From Thermodesulfobacteriota bacterium (lineage in GTDB: Bacteria; Desulfobacterota_D; UBA1144; Nemesobacterales; Mycalebacteriaceae), in the NCBI GenBank assembly GCA_965198945.1, contig CBDAQI010000001.1:320001-384000 (forward strand): DNA of 64,000 nt, given 5' to 3'. Below the pieces are notes generated by a model. That model saw nothing but the letters and a program-made list of their open reading frames with translations, was not told where the DNA came from and did not search any database. A program made the translations under genes and the position numbers. Positions 37,218 through 46,915 of this stretch are shown in pieces (the first letter of the stretch is position 1; every line of letters starts with the position of its first letter).

Positions 37218-38411
37218 ATGAAAGACCTGACCCCTGAAAAGCAGCTTGAAATTATCAAAAAGGGTGCGGACGGTCTCGTCTCGGATTCGGAGCTTCTTGA
37301 TAAACTCCGCAAGACCAGGCCCCTCAGAATTAAAGCCGGTTTTGACCCGACCGCGCCGGATCTTCATCTGGGGCACTGTGTTCTCTTAAGAAAACTGAGG
37401 CAGTTTCAGGATCTGGGGCATACCGTTATTTTTCTCATTGGCGATTTCACGGCGCAGATAGGCGACCCCAGCGGCAGAACCGAGGAGAGGCCGCTTCTTT
37501 CACCGCAGCAGATAAAAGAGAATGCGAAAACATATCAGGGTCAGGTTTTTCCCATTCTCAAACCTGAGCAGACAGAGGTTCGTTTCAACTCCGAGTGGCA
37601 TTCCGGCATGAGTTCGGCTGATGTTCTGCGTCTTGCGGGGATGGCGAATGTGGCAAATCTTCTTGAAAGAGACGATTTCAAGACCCGTTACCGGGCGGGG
37701 AAACCGATTTCGGTCAAAGAATTTCTCTACCCGCTTATTCAGGCATTTGATTCCGTTGCTCTCAAAGCCGATGTGGAAATCGGCGGAACAGACCAAACCT
37801 TCAATCTTCTGCTCGGCAGGGAGGTTCAGAAGCGTTTCGGCGAGCCTCAGCAGGCGGCGCTTTTTCTTCCCATACTTGAGGGGCTTGACGGTGTGAACAA
37901 GATGTCAAAATCTCTCGGCAATTACATAGCCGTAAGAGATACGGCGGAAGATGTTTTCGCGAAGGTCATGTCAATTTCCGATGATTTAATGTGGAGATAT
38001 TACGAGCTTTTGAGCGCAAAGACCCCGGGCGAAATTAAGAAACTCAAGAAATCTTCCCATCCTATGGATGCAAAAAAAGCGCTCGCATTTGAAATAACCG
38101 AGTGGCTTACGGACGAAAAAAAGGCGAAAAAGGCGGAAAGCGCTTTTGCCGGAAAGTTTTCAAAAAGGGAGTTTCCCTCCGATGCTCCGGAAAAAACGGT
38201 TTCGCGTACGAAAATCAAAACTATTCTTGATTTCACAGTTGAGGTTTCCGATTTTCTGAAAAGCCGGGCTGAAGCAAAGCGCCTAATAAACCAGGGCGGA
38301 CTTGCAATAAACGGAAAAAAATATTCCGAACATGGAACGGAAATTCCTGAAGGGGATGTTTTTGAGGTTAAAATCGGCAAGAAAGAGTTTGTGAGGGTCA
38401 GAGTTTCTTAA
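37218..38411 (+). CDS. tyrS: Tyrosine--tRNA ligase
   Basis: GFDPTAPDLHLGH, GGTDQ.FN, KMSKS, C-terminal S4-like domain. Confidence 0.98.
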   Translation: MKDLTPEKQLEIIKKGADGLVSDSELLDKLRKTRPLRIKAGFDPTAPDLHLGHCVLLRKLRQFQDLGHTVIFLIGDFTAQIGDPSGRTEERPLLSPQQIKENAKTYQGQVFPILKPEQTEVRFNSEWHSGMSSADVLRLAGMANVANLLERDDFKTRYRAGKPISVKEFLYPLIQAFDSVALKADVEIGGTDQTFNLLLGREVQKRFGEPQQAALFLPILEGLDGVNKMSKSLGNYIAVRDTAEDVFAKVMSISDDLMWRYYELLSAKTPGEIKKLKKSSHPMDAKKALAFEITEWLTDEKKAKKAESAFAGKFSKREFPSDAPEKTVSRTKIKTILDFTVEVSDFLKSRAEAKRLINQGGLAINGKKYSEHGTEIPEGDVFEVKIGKKEFVRVRVS

Positions 38412-38712
38412 AAAGACTGTGTTTGCACTGGTTTATATGATTTATATCAATATATAAGTGGTTTGGCTTATATGCACCTATACTATGCTATATTGACTTA
38501 TATTTTGTTATAAATTTCCTATCGCCCGCTATGTGGATTTCATAGCCAAAATTGAATTAGAGAAGTGGAGACCCGTTTGTAGCTTTTTATTAAAAAGGGA
38601 TATTATTTAAATTCGTCTAAGTTGAATTTGGCTTTTGCAATACCACTGTATGATGAACTTGTTAAAACGGCTTTGCCGGATGTGCCGGCAGAAACAAACA
38701 TGAGGTGAAAAT

Positions 38713-39234
38713 ATGTTATTTGAGATTGCAAAACGTTTTGACTATACCGAACTTAACTACAACCAATATAGAGAGGCCTTTGAACGGGGAGTTCTCGTTA
38801 AAAAAATAGCCGATAAATATGGAAGGACTCTGAAAGAGGTCATGGAATTATCATCGGATCCTGATCATGGTGGACAGATGACACTTTCTTCTTTGTTGGA
38901 GACTATGGTTGCTTTTGAATTGGAAAGAGACGGAATACTGGGTTGCACAATAACACGCGGCCCCGCCCGCACAGATTTAGAGGATGCATGGGGGAGAAAG
39001 TGGGATGTTAAAACTCCTCCGTATGTTGAAGGCATAGGGTTCAACGAAGAGAGCGCCATTCATAGCATATTAAAAAAGCTGGATGAATTTCCCGATGGTG
39101 ATGTCGGGATTTTCCTGGATATATCATTTCTGCATAAAGAAAATTATCTGAAACTTCAGGAAGATTTGAAAAACCGGCTTGCTGACAATCAGAAATTTTT
39201 GGTGAGACAGGTGGTGGTGAGGGGAGTTCTTTAA
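38713..39234 (+). CDS. Hypothetical protein resembling a PD-(D/E)XK-like polymorphic-toxin nuclease domain
   Basis: SD GAGG; DPDHGG...E....ELE..G...TR....D..D..G.KWDVK pattern. Confidence 0.55.
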   Translation: MLFEIAKRFDYTELNYNQYREAFERGVLVKKIADKYGRTLKEVMELSSDPDHGGQMTLSSLLETMVAFELERDGILGCTITRGPARTDLEDAWGRKWDVKTPPYVEGIGFNEESAIHSILKKLDEFPDGDVGIFLDISFLHKENYLKLQEDLKNRLADNQKFLVRQVVVRGVL

Positions 39235-39288
39235 TAAGATTGGCGAGAGGAATTTATGTGTTTTGGATTTATAGGCTGATCAACTGTA

Positions 39289-42200
39289 CTACATTCTGTC
39301 AGTCGCAATTTTTTGCTGGTCGGGCGGATACCCGTATTTTTTCAAAAGTCTCTTAACAGTTATTCTCAGTTTTGCCCTGACACTTTCTTTTATTGTCCAG
39401 TCTATTGAAGTGTTCTTTTTTACATTCTCAACCAGTATACGGGCAAGTTCCACCAAAGAGTCATTTCCCATTACTTCCTTAGCGCTCCCGTTCATTACAA
39501 GCGCATCATAAAAAGCGACTTCATCATCAGACAAGCCCATATCAACCGCTCTTTCATCGGAAATTTTCATCTCTTTGGCGATGTAAATTAATTCCTCTAT
39601 AATCTCCGCGGCGGTCAGAAGGTTATTTTTGTATTTCCTGATTGCTTCTTCAAGCATTTCGGAGAATTTTTTGCTTTGAGCCAGATTCTTTTTTGTTCTC
39701 GTTACTATTTCATCGCTCAGTATTTTTCTGAGCAGTTTCAGAGCGAGGTTTTTGTGTCGCATTCCCTTTATTTCTTCAAGAAATTCATCGGAAAGAATTG
39801 ATATGTCCGGTTTTTTAATTCCGGCGGCGTCAAAAATATCAATTACACCGTCCACGACAACCGCTCTGTCAACTATTTGCCTGATTGCCGTTTCCATTTC
39901 AGTATTGCTTCCGCCGCTTCCTTCGGGTTCAAATTTATTCAGCCGCGCCTTCACAGCTTGAAAAAATCCAACTTCGGCTTTTATGTTCATCGCCCTGGGA
40001 TTGGGAACAGAGAGTGCAAAAGCTTTTGACAGCAGAGTAATTTCATTAGTAAATCTCTCTTTGCCGTTATTGAGACCCAGAATGTGTTCCTCGGCTTCCA
40101 GAATCAGTGTCATTTTCTCTCCGGTTTCGGCCGTGAAATAATCTTTATAATCAAAACCGTTGAACATCTGGGCGATCACTTCGTATTTTTCCAGCATTTT
40201 TTCAACTGCTTTTTCCTGCTCAAAAGCCGGATTCCCTCTGCCGCCGCTTTGTGTATATGACGCGAGAGCCCGCTTCAAATCAGACGCAATGCCTATGTAG
40301 TCAACAACAAGCCCTCCGGTTTTATCCTTGTAAACCCTGTTCACGCGGGCTATGGCTTGCATAAGGTTGTGGCTTCTTATTATTTTATCAATGTAGAGAG
40401 TGTCCAGACACGGAGCATCAAAACCCGTAAGCCACATATCGCACACGATAACCAGATGCAGCGGGTCTTCGGGATCTTTGAACCTTTCTCTCATCTTTTT
40501 TCTTTCCTGCTTTGTGGTCGCGTGTTTCTGCCATCCGGCGGGGTCGCTTGACTGCGAGGTCATCACAACCTTTACGGCGCCCTTGTTTTTATTTTCATCA
40601 TGCCATTGGGGTCGCAGATTGGTTATTTCATCATACATTGCAACCGCTATGCGGCGGCTTGTGGTAACAATCATGGCTTTGCCTTCGCACGCCTCGCGCC
40701 TCGCTTCAAAATGTTTGAGGATATCCGCCACAACGGTTTTTATTCTTTCTTTGTGTCCTACAATGGCTTCCAGTTTTGTCCATTTGGCTTTCGCTTTTTC
40801 AGAAAAAGTCGTTTCTTCGCTTTCAATAATTGATTCAATCTAGGCGTCCAGAAGATCTTTTTCTTCCTCTTTGAGACTGACTTCAACAAGGCGTGATTCG
40901 TAGAAAATCGGCACTGTCGCTCCGTCTTCAACCGCCTGTTCTATGTCGTAAATATCTATTTAATTCCCGAAAACGGCCGCGGTTGAGGCATCGTCTTTTT
41001 CAATCGGTGTGCCCGTGAACCCTATGAAAGAGGCGTCCGGTAGCGCATCTCTCAGATATTTGGCGAACCCGTAGACTGTCCTTGCTCCCTATTTCATAAA
41101 GTGAGTTTTCGCGCCGAATCCGTATTGGCTTCTGTGCGCTTCATCGGCAATTACGACAATGTTTTTCCTGTTTGAGAGAAGTTCAAAACTGTCGCCTCCG
41201 TCTTCCGGAGAGAATTTCTGAATTGTTGAAAAAACAACTCCTCCGCCCGATGTTTTCAGAAGTTTTTTCAGGTGTTCACGGCTTTCCGCCTGTTCAGGCT
41301 CCTGCCTGAGAAGGTTTTTGCCTGCGGCAAACGCTCCGAACAACTGGTCGTCAAGGTCGTTGCGGTCCGTAATAACAACAATGGTGGGATTTTCCATTTC
41401 CCCGCTTACAACAAGCAGTCCCGCATAGAAAACCATGGACAGTGATTTTCCGCTGCCTTGAGTGTGCCAGACCACTCCCGCTTTTCGGTCTCCCCTTGGC
41501 TGGTCTTTAACCCCGGGCAGTCCGAATTGTTCGGGCGATTCCACCAAGTCCGTTTTCTTTTTTCCGTAAGACGCTCTTATTGTGGATTTAACCGCTTCTT
41601 TCACGGCGTGGTATTGATGGTAGGCGGCAATTTTCTTTTCCTTTTGTATAAGTGTCTGTCCCGTTTCGGGGTGGACACTTTTTGTGCTCTCAAAAACGGT
41701 AAAATGTCTTATTAAATCAATCAAAACTTCCGGTCTCAGCATGCCTTTTATAAGGGTTTCAATCTGAGGCGTTGTCTTCGGGTCTTCCCTTTTCCCGTCT
41801 ACGGTTTTCCATGCCATGAATCGCGACCAGCCCGAAGTCAGAGAGCCGGCTCTTGCTTCAAGACCGTCTGAGGCGACGAGAACTCCGTTATAACAAAACA
41901 GACTCGGTATTGTCTGTTTATAGGTTTGCAGTTGGTCAAACGCTTTTTGAACGGTTGCTTTTTCATCAGCCGGGTTTTTCAACTCAATCACCGCAACGGG
42001 AATGCCGTTTATAAAAAGAACCACATCCGGTCTTTTTGTTATGTTGTTTTCTGTAACCGTGAATTGATTGCAGACCGCGAAATTGTTATTCATCGGATTT
42101 TCAAAATCAATCAGCCACACTCTTGCGCCGACTGTTTCGCCATTTTTCCGGTGTTCCTCCGCGACACCTTCAATCAGCATGTCATAGAACTTCTCATTGC

Positions 42201-42438
42201 TTTCAATCAGGTTTTGACTCGAAAGTGCCGTCACTTCCCGAATCGCTTGTTCGCGGACTTGTGAGGGCGGGGCGGGGTTGAGGTTGTAAATCGCAGTTTC
42301 AAGACGTTTACGCAGTATTACGCCCGTGCCGTTTTCACGCTCGGTTTCCTGATATTCGGGCGGAATATATTCATAACCCTGTTGTTGGAGCAGGTTTATT
42401 GCGTGTTGTTCAACACCGGATTCGCGGAGTTTGAGCAT
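39289..42438 (-). pseudogene. hsdR: Type I restriction endonuclease subunit R with three in-frame stops
   Basis: RPD.VLFINGIP..VIELKN, WHTQGSGKS, DEAHRSQYG, GFTGTP, MWLTGFD, QAIARVNR. One frame throughout, with TAG 41089-91, TAA 40960-62, TAG 40840-42. Confidence 0.93.
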
Positions 42439-42442
42439 GTTT

Positions 42443-43681
42443 TTATATTTTATCCCAAAGGCGTTTTATCGGAACGGCGTAAAGTTTTTCTCCGAATCCG
42501 ATCATTTTTTCTCCGTTATAAAGCACCGTGCCGCCCGAAAAACATTTTCCCATGTCTGACTTCAGGCGGCGCAGGCCCCGAAAATCGGAATGGGAAACGG
42601 TTGCCGCTGATTTTACCTCAACTCCGGCTATGGAATTGATGCTGCGCTGGATGACGATGTCGGTTTCCGTTCCGTCTTTGTCCCGACAGTGAAAAAATTG
42701 ATGCTTTGTTTTGTGTCCGTCCGCCTGCCTTTGCAGTTCCTGAAGCACAAAAGTTTCAAGAAGCTGTCCGAGTAGCGGTCGGTCTTTTTTTAACTCGTTT
42801 GCGTCCACACCCAACAGCGCACAGGCAAGACCCGTGTCCGTCAGGTGCAGTTTGGGGGTCTTGACAAATCGTTTGCGGCGATTGGTGTGCCATGCGGGAA
42901 TTTTTTCAATCAGAAACAGGCGTTCCAGCAGTGAAATATAGTCTTGAATTGTCGTTCTGCTGAGTTGGAAAGAGCTTGCCAGTTTATTTGTATTCAGAAG
43001 CTGCGCGGTGGACATTGCCGACAGTTCCAGCAGTCTCGGCAGATCTTCAACCGACCTGATGCGGGAAATTGTAAATGCGTCGGTATTTGCTATGGTTGTC
43101 AGATAACTCTTATACCACTCAATACGGCGTTTCTTTCCGGAATATCTCAGGGGTGCGGGATAGCCTCCCGAAACTATTTTCCCCGCAAGTTCAGTTTGAT
43201 TTGTTTTCCAGCGTGTGGGGAATTTTGCGGAAAACAGCGCATCAAGAAAGTCCGGTTTTCTGCGTTTAAGCTCGGTTTGCGCAAGCGGACGCATGCGAAT
43301 AATTTCCATTCTTCCGGCAAGAGAATCAGACAGTCCCCGCACATGCAGTACGCTGACTGAACCCGTCAGAATAAAACGTCCCGGAACACGGTTTTTATCA
43401 ACAGCGAGTTTTATCTGTGAAAAGATTTTCGGGGATTTCTGAATCTCGTCAAGTATGATTTTTTCAGGCAGAGAATTAACGAAACCCACCGGATCGTTCA
43501 GGGCATAATCCAGAGTTTCCGCGTCATCCATACTTATATATGTGTAACCTGCGGCTTTGCCCACTTTTTGTGCGAGAGTTGTTTTCCCGCACTGGCGCGG
43601 TCCGTGAATCAAAATAACCGGAGAGTCCTTCAAAGCCTCTTTCAGACGCGGTTCCACATGTCGGGGATACAGTTTCGGCAT
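42443..43681 (-). CDS. AAA+ ATPase (AAA_14) with DUF4143 domain
   Basis: GPRQCGKTT, ILDEIQ, LTGS, SLAGR, GGYP, PKLHLTDTG, ETD.......GVEVKS. Confidence 0.92.
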   Translation of the reverse strand: MPKLYPRHVEPRLKEALKDSPVILIHGPRQCGKTTLAQKVGKAAGYTYISMDDAETLDYALNDPVGFVNSLPEKIILDEIQKSPKIFSQIKLAVDKNRVPGRFILTGSVSVLHVRGLSDSLAGRMEIIRMRPLAQTELKRRKPDFLDALFSAKFPTRWKTNQTELAGKIVSGGYPAPLRYSGKKRRIEWYKSYLTTIANTDAFTISRIRSVEDLPRLLELSAMSTAQLLNTNKLASSFQLSRTTIQDYISLLERLFLIEKIPAWHTNRRKRFVKTPKLHLTDTGLACALLGVDANELKKDRPLLGQLLETFVLQELQRQADGHKTKHQFFHCRDKDGTETDIVIQRSINSIAGVEVKSAATVSHSDFRGLRRLKSDMGKCFSGGTVLYNGEKMIGFGEKLYAVPIKRLWDKI

Positions 43682-43737
43682 TGGGCTGATTGTAGCAAGA
43701 CAGGGGGATGATTGCAAGTTTAAGAGGGGGACAATTG

Positions 43738-44046
43738 TCAGTTGTAATGGTGGCTGATTGTTAGTTTCTTGCTTATTAATTTGGACCAGAGAGTGTCGTG
43801 AAAAGTGTTCATTTGTTTTGTTTCTCTGATGCCTTCAATCAGCATCTCATAGAACTTTTTGTTGCTTTCAATCAGATTTTGACCCGAAAGCGCGGTTGTT
43901 TGACCTAATGTCTGTTCACGGATTTGTGAGAGCAGGGTGGGGTTGAGGTTCGAAATTGCAGATTCAATACGGTCGCACATGATTAGGCCCGTGCCACATT
44001 TGATTCGTTCACCTTCAAAGGTGATGTAGTTATTTATTTCTACCAT
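43738..44046 (-). CDS. Short ORF: diverged copy of the HsdR N-terminus joined to an HsdS-C-terminus-like tail
   Basis: NLNP...SQIREQ....TALSGQNLIESNKKFYEMLIEG matches local HsdR NLNP...SQVREQ....TALSSQNLIESNEKFYDMLIEG; DNA similarity 43831-43900 vs 42167-42235. Confidence 0.7.
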   Translation of the reverse strand: MVEINNYITFEGERIKCGTGLIMCDRIESAISNLNPTLLSQIREQTLGQTTALSGQNLIESNKKFYEMLIEGIRETKQMNTFHDTLWSKLISKKLTISHHYN

Positions 44047-44070
44047 TCTTTTGTGATAGACCCAAAGGGT

Positions 44071-44853
44071 TTATGCCGTAAGTTTGTTTAATGTTTCAGG
44101 CTGGTGTCTATCACTCCATAAAATTGATTCAGCCTTTTTGCTTTTGAGAGCATCCAAATATTCAGGTTTTATATCTTTATCTATATTGTTGATAACAGCC
44201 ATTCCCTTTAGCTCTTTCCCTGATATTTTTTCCCTTGCTTCTTTGATGTCTTCCCAACCAAAAAGAAAGTTAGGCACATTAATTTTATTTAGTGAGTTGA
44301 ACGATTTTATGACTAATTCTTTTTCTCTTCCCGCTATCTGAAAATCAAAAATGAATTCTATGCCCGTGCTTCCTTTGGCTATAAATCCGGGAGTATAGAT
44401 GATATTTTGCTCATCAAAAAATGTTTTCACATCTTCTTTAAACAAAGACGAAACTGTGTGCTTTGCCATCATTGCCATATCAACAACTTCTGAAATGGCA
44501 CAGATGAGATTGTGTTTTTTTTGAGGAAAATCTTTTTCTGTTCCTACTGTTTGCAGTTCTTTGCCCTCCAATGTAATTCCATAGTTCAGCAGTATCATAT
44601 CCAACCATTCTTTACGTTTGACAGACCTTGTAATATTTACACCGGATAGTTCGAGGTTTGAAAAGGTGACACCATCGTCAGAAAGGAAGATTTTTTCATT
44701 CGTTTTTTTTGCATACACCTCAATATTATCATTATATAAACCGATAAAAGGAGTAGTTATAGCAAACCAATCGGTTTGTTCACTCTTTTGAATACTTGTT
44801 TGGTCTTTAAGCCAACTGTAATAATTTTTTATGCTGTTATCTACCCAGTTCAT
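44071..44853 (-). CDS. DUF1828/DUF1829-like protein
   Basis: YYSWLKD, ITTPF....D.I..Y, LSDDG.T, F.EDV, G.TG....FDF motifs; AT-rich. Confidence 0.8.
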   Translation of the reverse strand: MNWVDNSIKNYYSWLKDQTSIQKSEQTDWFAITTPFIGLYNDNIEVYAKKTNEKIFLSDDGVTFSNLELSGVNITRSVKRKEWLDMILLNYGITLEGKELQTVGTEKDFPQKKHNLICAISEVVDMAMMAKHTVSSLFKEDVKTFFDEQNIIYTPGFIAKGSTGIEFIFDFQIAGREKELVIKSFNSLNKINVPNFLFGWEDIKEAREKISGKELKGMAVINNIDKDIKPEYLDALKSKKAESILWSDRHQPETLNKLTA

Positions 44854-45380
44854 AGCAGTAAAGTGTTTATATTAATGACTGTTTTTACATTTAGCACTTT
44901 GGCAAAGCTTTTAATCACATCAGCAAAAGTATTATTGAACCCGACATCTGGCAACTCTTTTATGGGAAAACCATCATCTGTTAGAGGAATCGCCCAGGCC
45001 AAAGATTTATAACCCTCTACGTGGTAGTGTATATGATGTTCCTTGTTCGTAAAACGCTTTCCGGCGTAAGGGTGAAACTTTTCAGGGACAAGTTTGGAAA
45101 CTTGCACAGGATTTTGATGGCCACTGTTGTAGTCAACACGTAACAAGCCAATCTTGCTATTATTTTCTTGTGCGTGAAAGCTTAACCGAACAGTATTTTT
45201 TTGGCTTTGTTGGAATTCCCACAGAAAAGTAAATTCATCATCTTGTTCAGAAACCAGTTCATATCTTTTTGAAAATGGAAATTTTTGACAGATTGTGATG
45301 TTGTCGAGCAATTGTTCTCTTTCGACAATTCTCTTGGAAAGACCAAGTAAGTATTCGGCTTGTTCATTACTTATTATCAT
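44850..45380 (-). CDS. Hypothetical protein (DUF6978-like), coupled to the DUF1828/1829 gene
   Basis: EQAEYLL...K, LLRVDY...H.NP, HIHYHVEGY..LAWAIP motifs; 4-nt overlaps with hsdS and the next gene. Confidence 0.65.
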   Translation of the reverse strand: MIISNEQAEYLLGLSKRIVEREQLLDNITICQKFPFSKRYELVSEQDDEFTFLWEFQQSQKNTVRLSFHAQENNSKIGLLRVDYNSGHQNPVQVSKLVPEKFHPYAGKRFTNKEHHIHYHVEGYKSLAWAIPLTDDGFPIKELPDVGFNNTFADVIKSFAKVLNVKTVININTLLL

Positions 45381-46537
45381 TTCATCTCATTATTTTTTGC
45401 CCCTATCTTGCCACTCATCAGTTTTGGTAGCAAAATATCCCTTAAATTTTCAATTGTGGCGATATGTTCAGAGTTCAGTTTTATTTTCTCAAACAATGGC
45501 ATCATAACCTTGTCCATTCTTTTTATCTGCTTGTTCTGAGGGACACAGACCATTGATATTGAAAGGTCGTTTCTTTTGATATGTCCCATTGTTGTTGACT
45601 TACTATTTGCTATTTGAACAAATCTGTCCATATGACGTTTTGTCCAAAAATAAACATACCAATTAGGATACTGGGTGGAAGTAACCTTAAAGAGATGTTG
45701 ATTTAAGACACACTTTGTTCCATGCCACAGTTTAATCATCAAACTTCCAGACCAAGAAAAAATAATATCGCCACTCTGAACAATATACTCATTTTCTACT
45801 TTTGATGTTGCCCAATCAGAGTTTTTAGAAATTCCATCCCTCAATTCCTTAATTTTCAAGACCGGCAATTTGTCATTTTCATTTCTTGGCGGATAGTTTT
45901 GGCAAGCAAGTCCATTGAGATAATTTGCTACTTCATCTAATGGTTTTTTCTTCCACCCCTCATCCGCTTTCCCTTCGGCAAGATCAGGGCGGCGCTCCAC
46001 AAACCACTGGCGGAATAGTGTTTGCGCCATATCTTCAAGCGTTTTGTTTTGGCGATGGAGCAAGTCTATTTTGTCGTCAAGAGATGATAACACTTCGGCA
46101 ATGGCTTTTTGTTCGGGGAGGGGGGGTAAAGGACTTCTAAATTTTCAATGTCTTTTTTGCTTACAGAAGAAAAGACGCTTCCGGAGGAATTTTTGTTCAA
46201 TTCAGATTTTAGACTTTTTAGTAGATAAAAGAGAAAATCCTGCTCTCCTTTTTTGTGTCTCAATCCTGCATTGCCGCGACCAATAGAGCATTTCTCTTTC
46301 GTAAAGTTAACTTTGCCTACCGGCGCCCGCACACTCAGCAAAATATCATTTTCTTCAAGAATTTTTCCTAGGGGCCGAGCAATAAATTCTTGGAATTACA
46401 AACTTGTCTTTGAAATCCACTACACACTGATAAAAAGGTAATCCGACATTTTCTTCATTATAGGTTTCGGACTTAGGTGACTGCCCCATAGTTATCTCTG
46501 CCACATCTACCAATCTAGTTTTCCACCACTTACTCAT
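45377..46537 (-). pseudogene. hsdS: Type I restriction-modification specificity subunit S, two frameshifts
   Basis: MGQSP, LSVRAPVG, EQKAIAEVLSSLDDKID, LRDILLPKLMSG; breaks at T5 46362-46366 and near the G7 tract 46120-46126. Confidence 0.9.
45971..45991 (-). repeat. REP-like short palindromic unit inside hsdS
   Basis: Minus strand CGCCCTGATCTTGCCGAAGGG resembles the CCTGAGCTTGTCGAAGG repeat type and adds RRPDLAEG within FVE..ADEGW. Confidence 0.5.
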
Positions 46538-46915
46538 TGATAGTTAGCTTTTGCGGGTCGTTTCGGCTCCGCTCAACGACCGCGTTGTTATTTTCTGTTG
46601 GCTGAGCGGAGCCGAAGCCAACATGAGACGTCCCATTCAAACACCTTGACAATTCCCGCAATTTTTCAGGCATTCCCCGTATCAACGCTTCCTTCTTTTT
46701 TCTGCTCCAGCCCTGTATTTGTTTTTCTCTCTGAAAAACGCCTCATCAATCCGCTGAAATTCCTCGGCATATACCAGAATCACCGGGAATCTTTTCTTAG
46801 TATGATTAGATCCCTTGCCTGCTTGGTGCTGTGCCATTCGCATCTCTAAATTATTTGTGCTGCCCGTATAATAGCTGCCGTCCGAACATTGCAATATATA
46901 CATCCAGCCCTTCAT
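46530..46915 (-). pseudogene. GIY-YIG nuclease family protein, frameshifted near 46725
   Basis: WMYIL.CSDGSYYTGST.NLE.R..QH..G.G..HT; continues QIQGWSRKKKEALI in another frame to TAA at 46530. Confidence 0.85.
46560..46618. repeat. Inverted repeat (REP-like doublet)
   Basis: TTCGGCTCCGCTCA (46562-46575) and TGAGCGGAGCCGAA (46603-46616) are perfect reverse complements. Confidence 0.85.
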
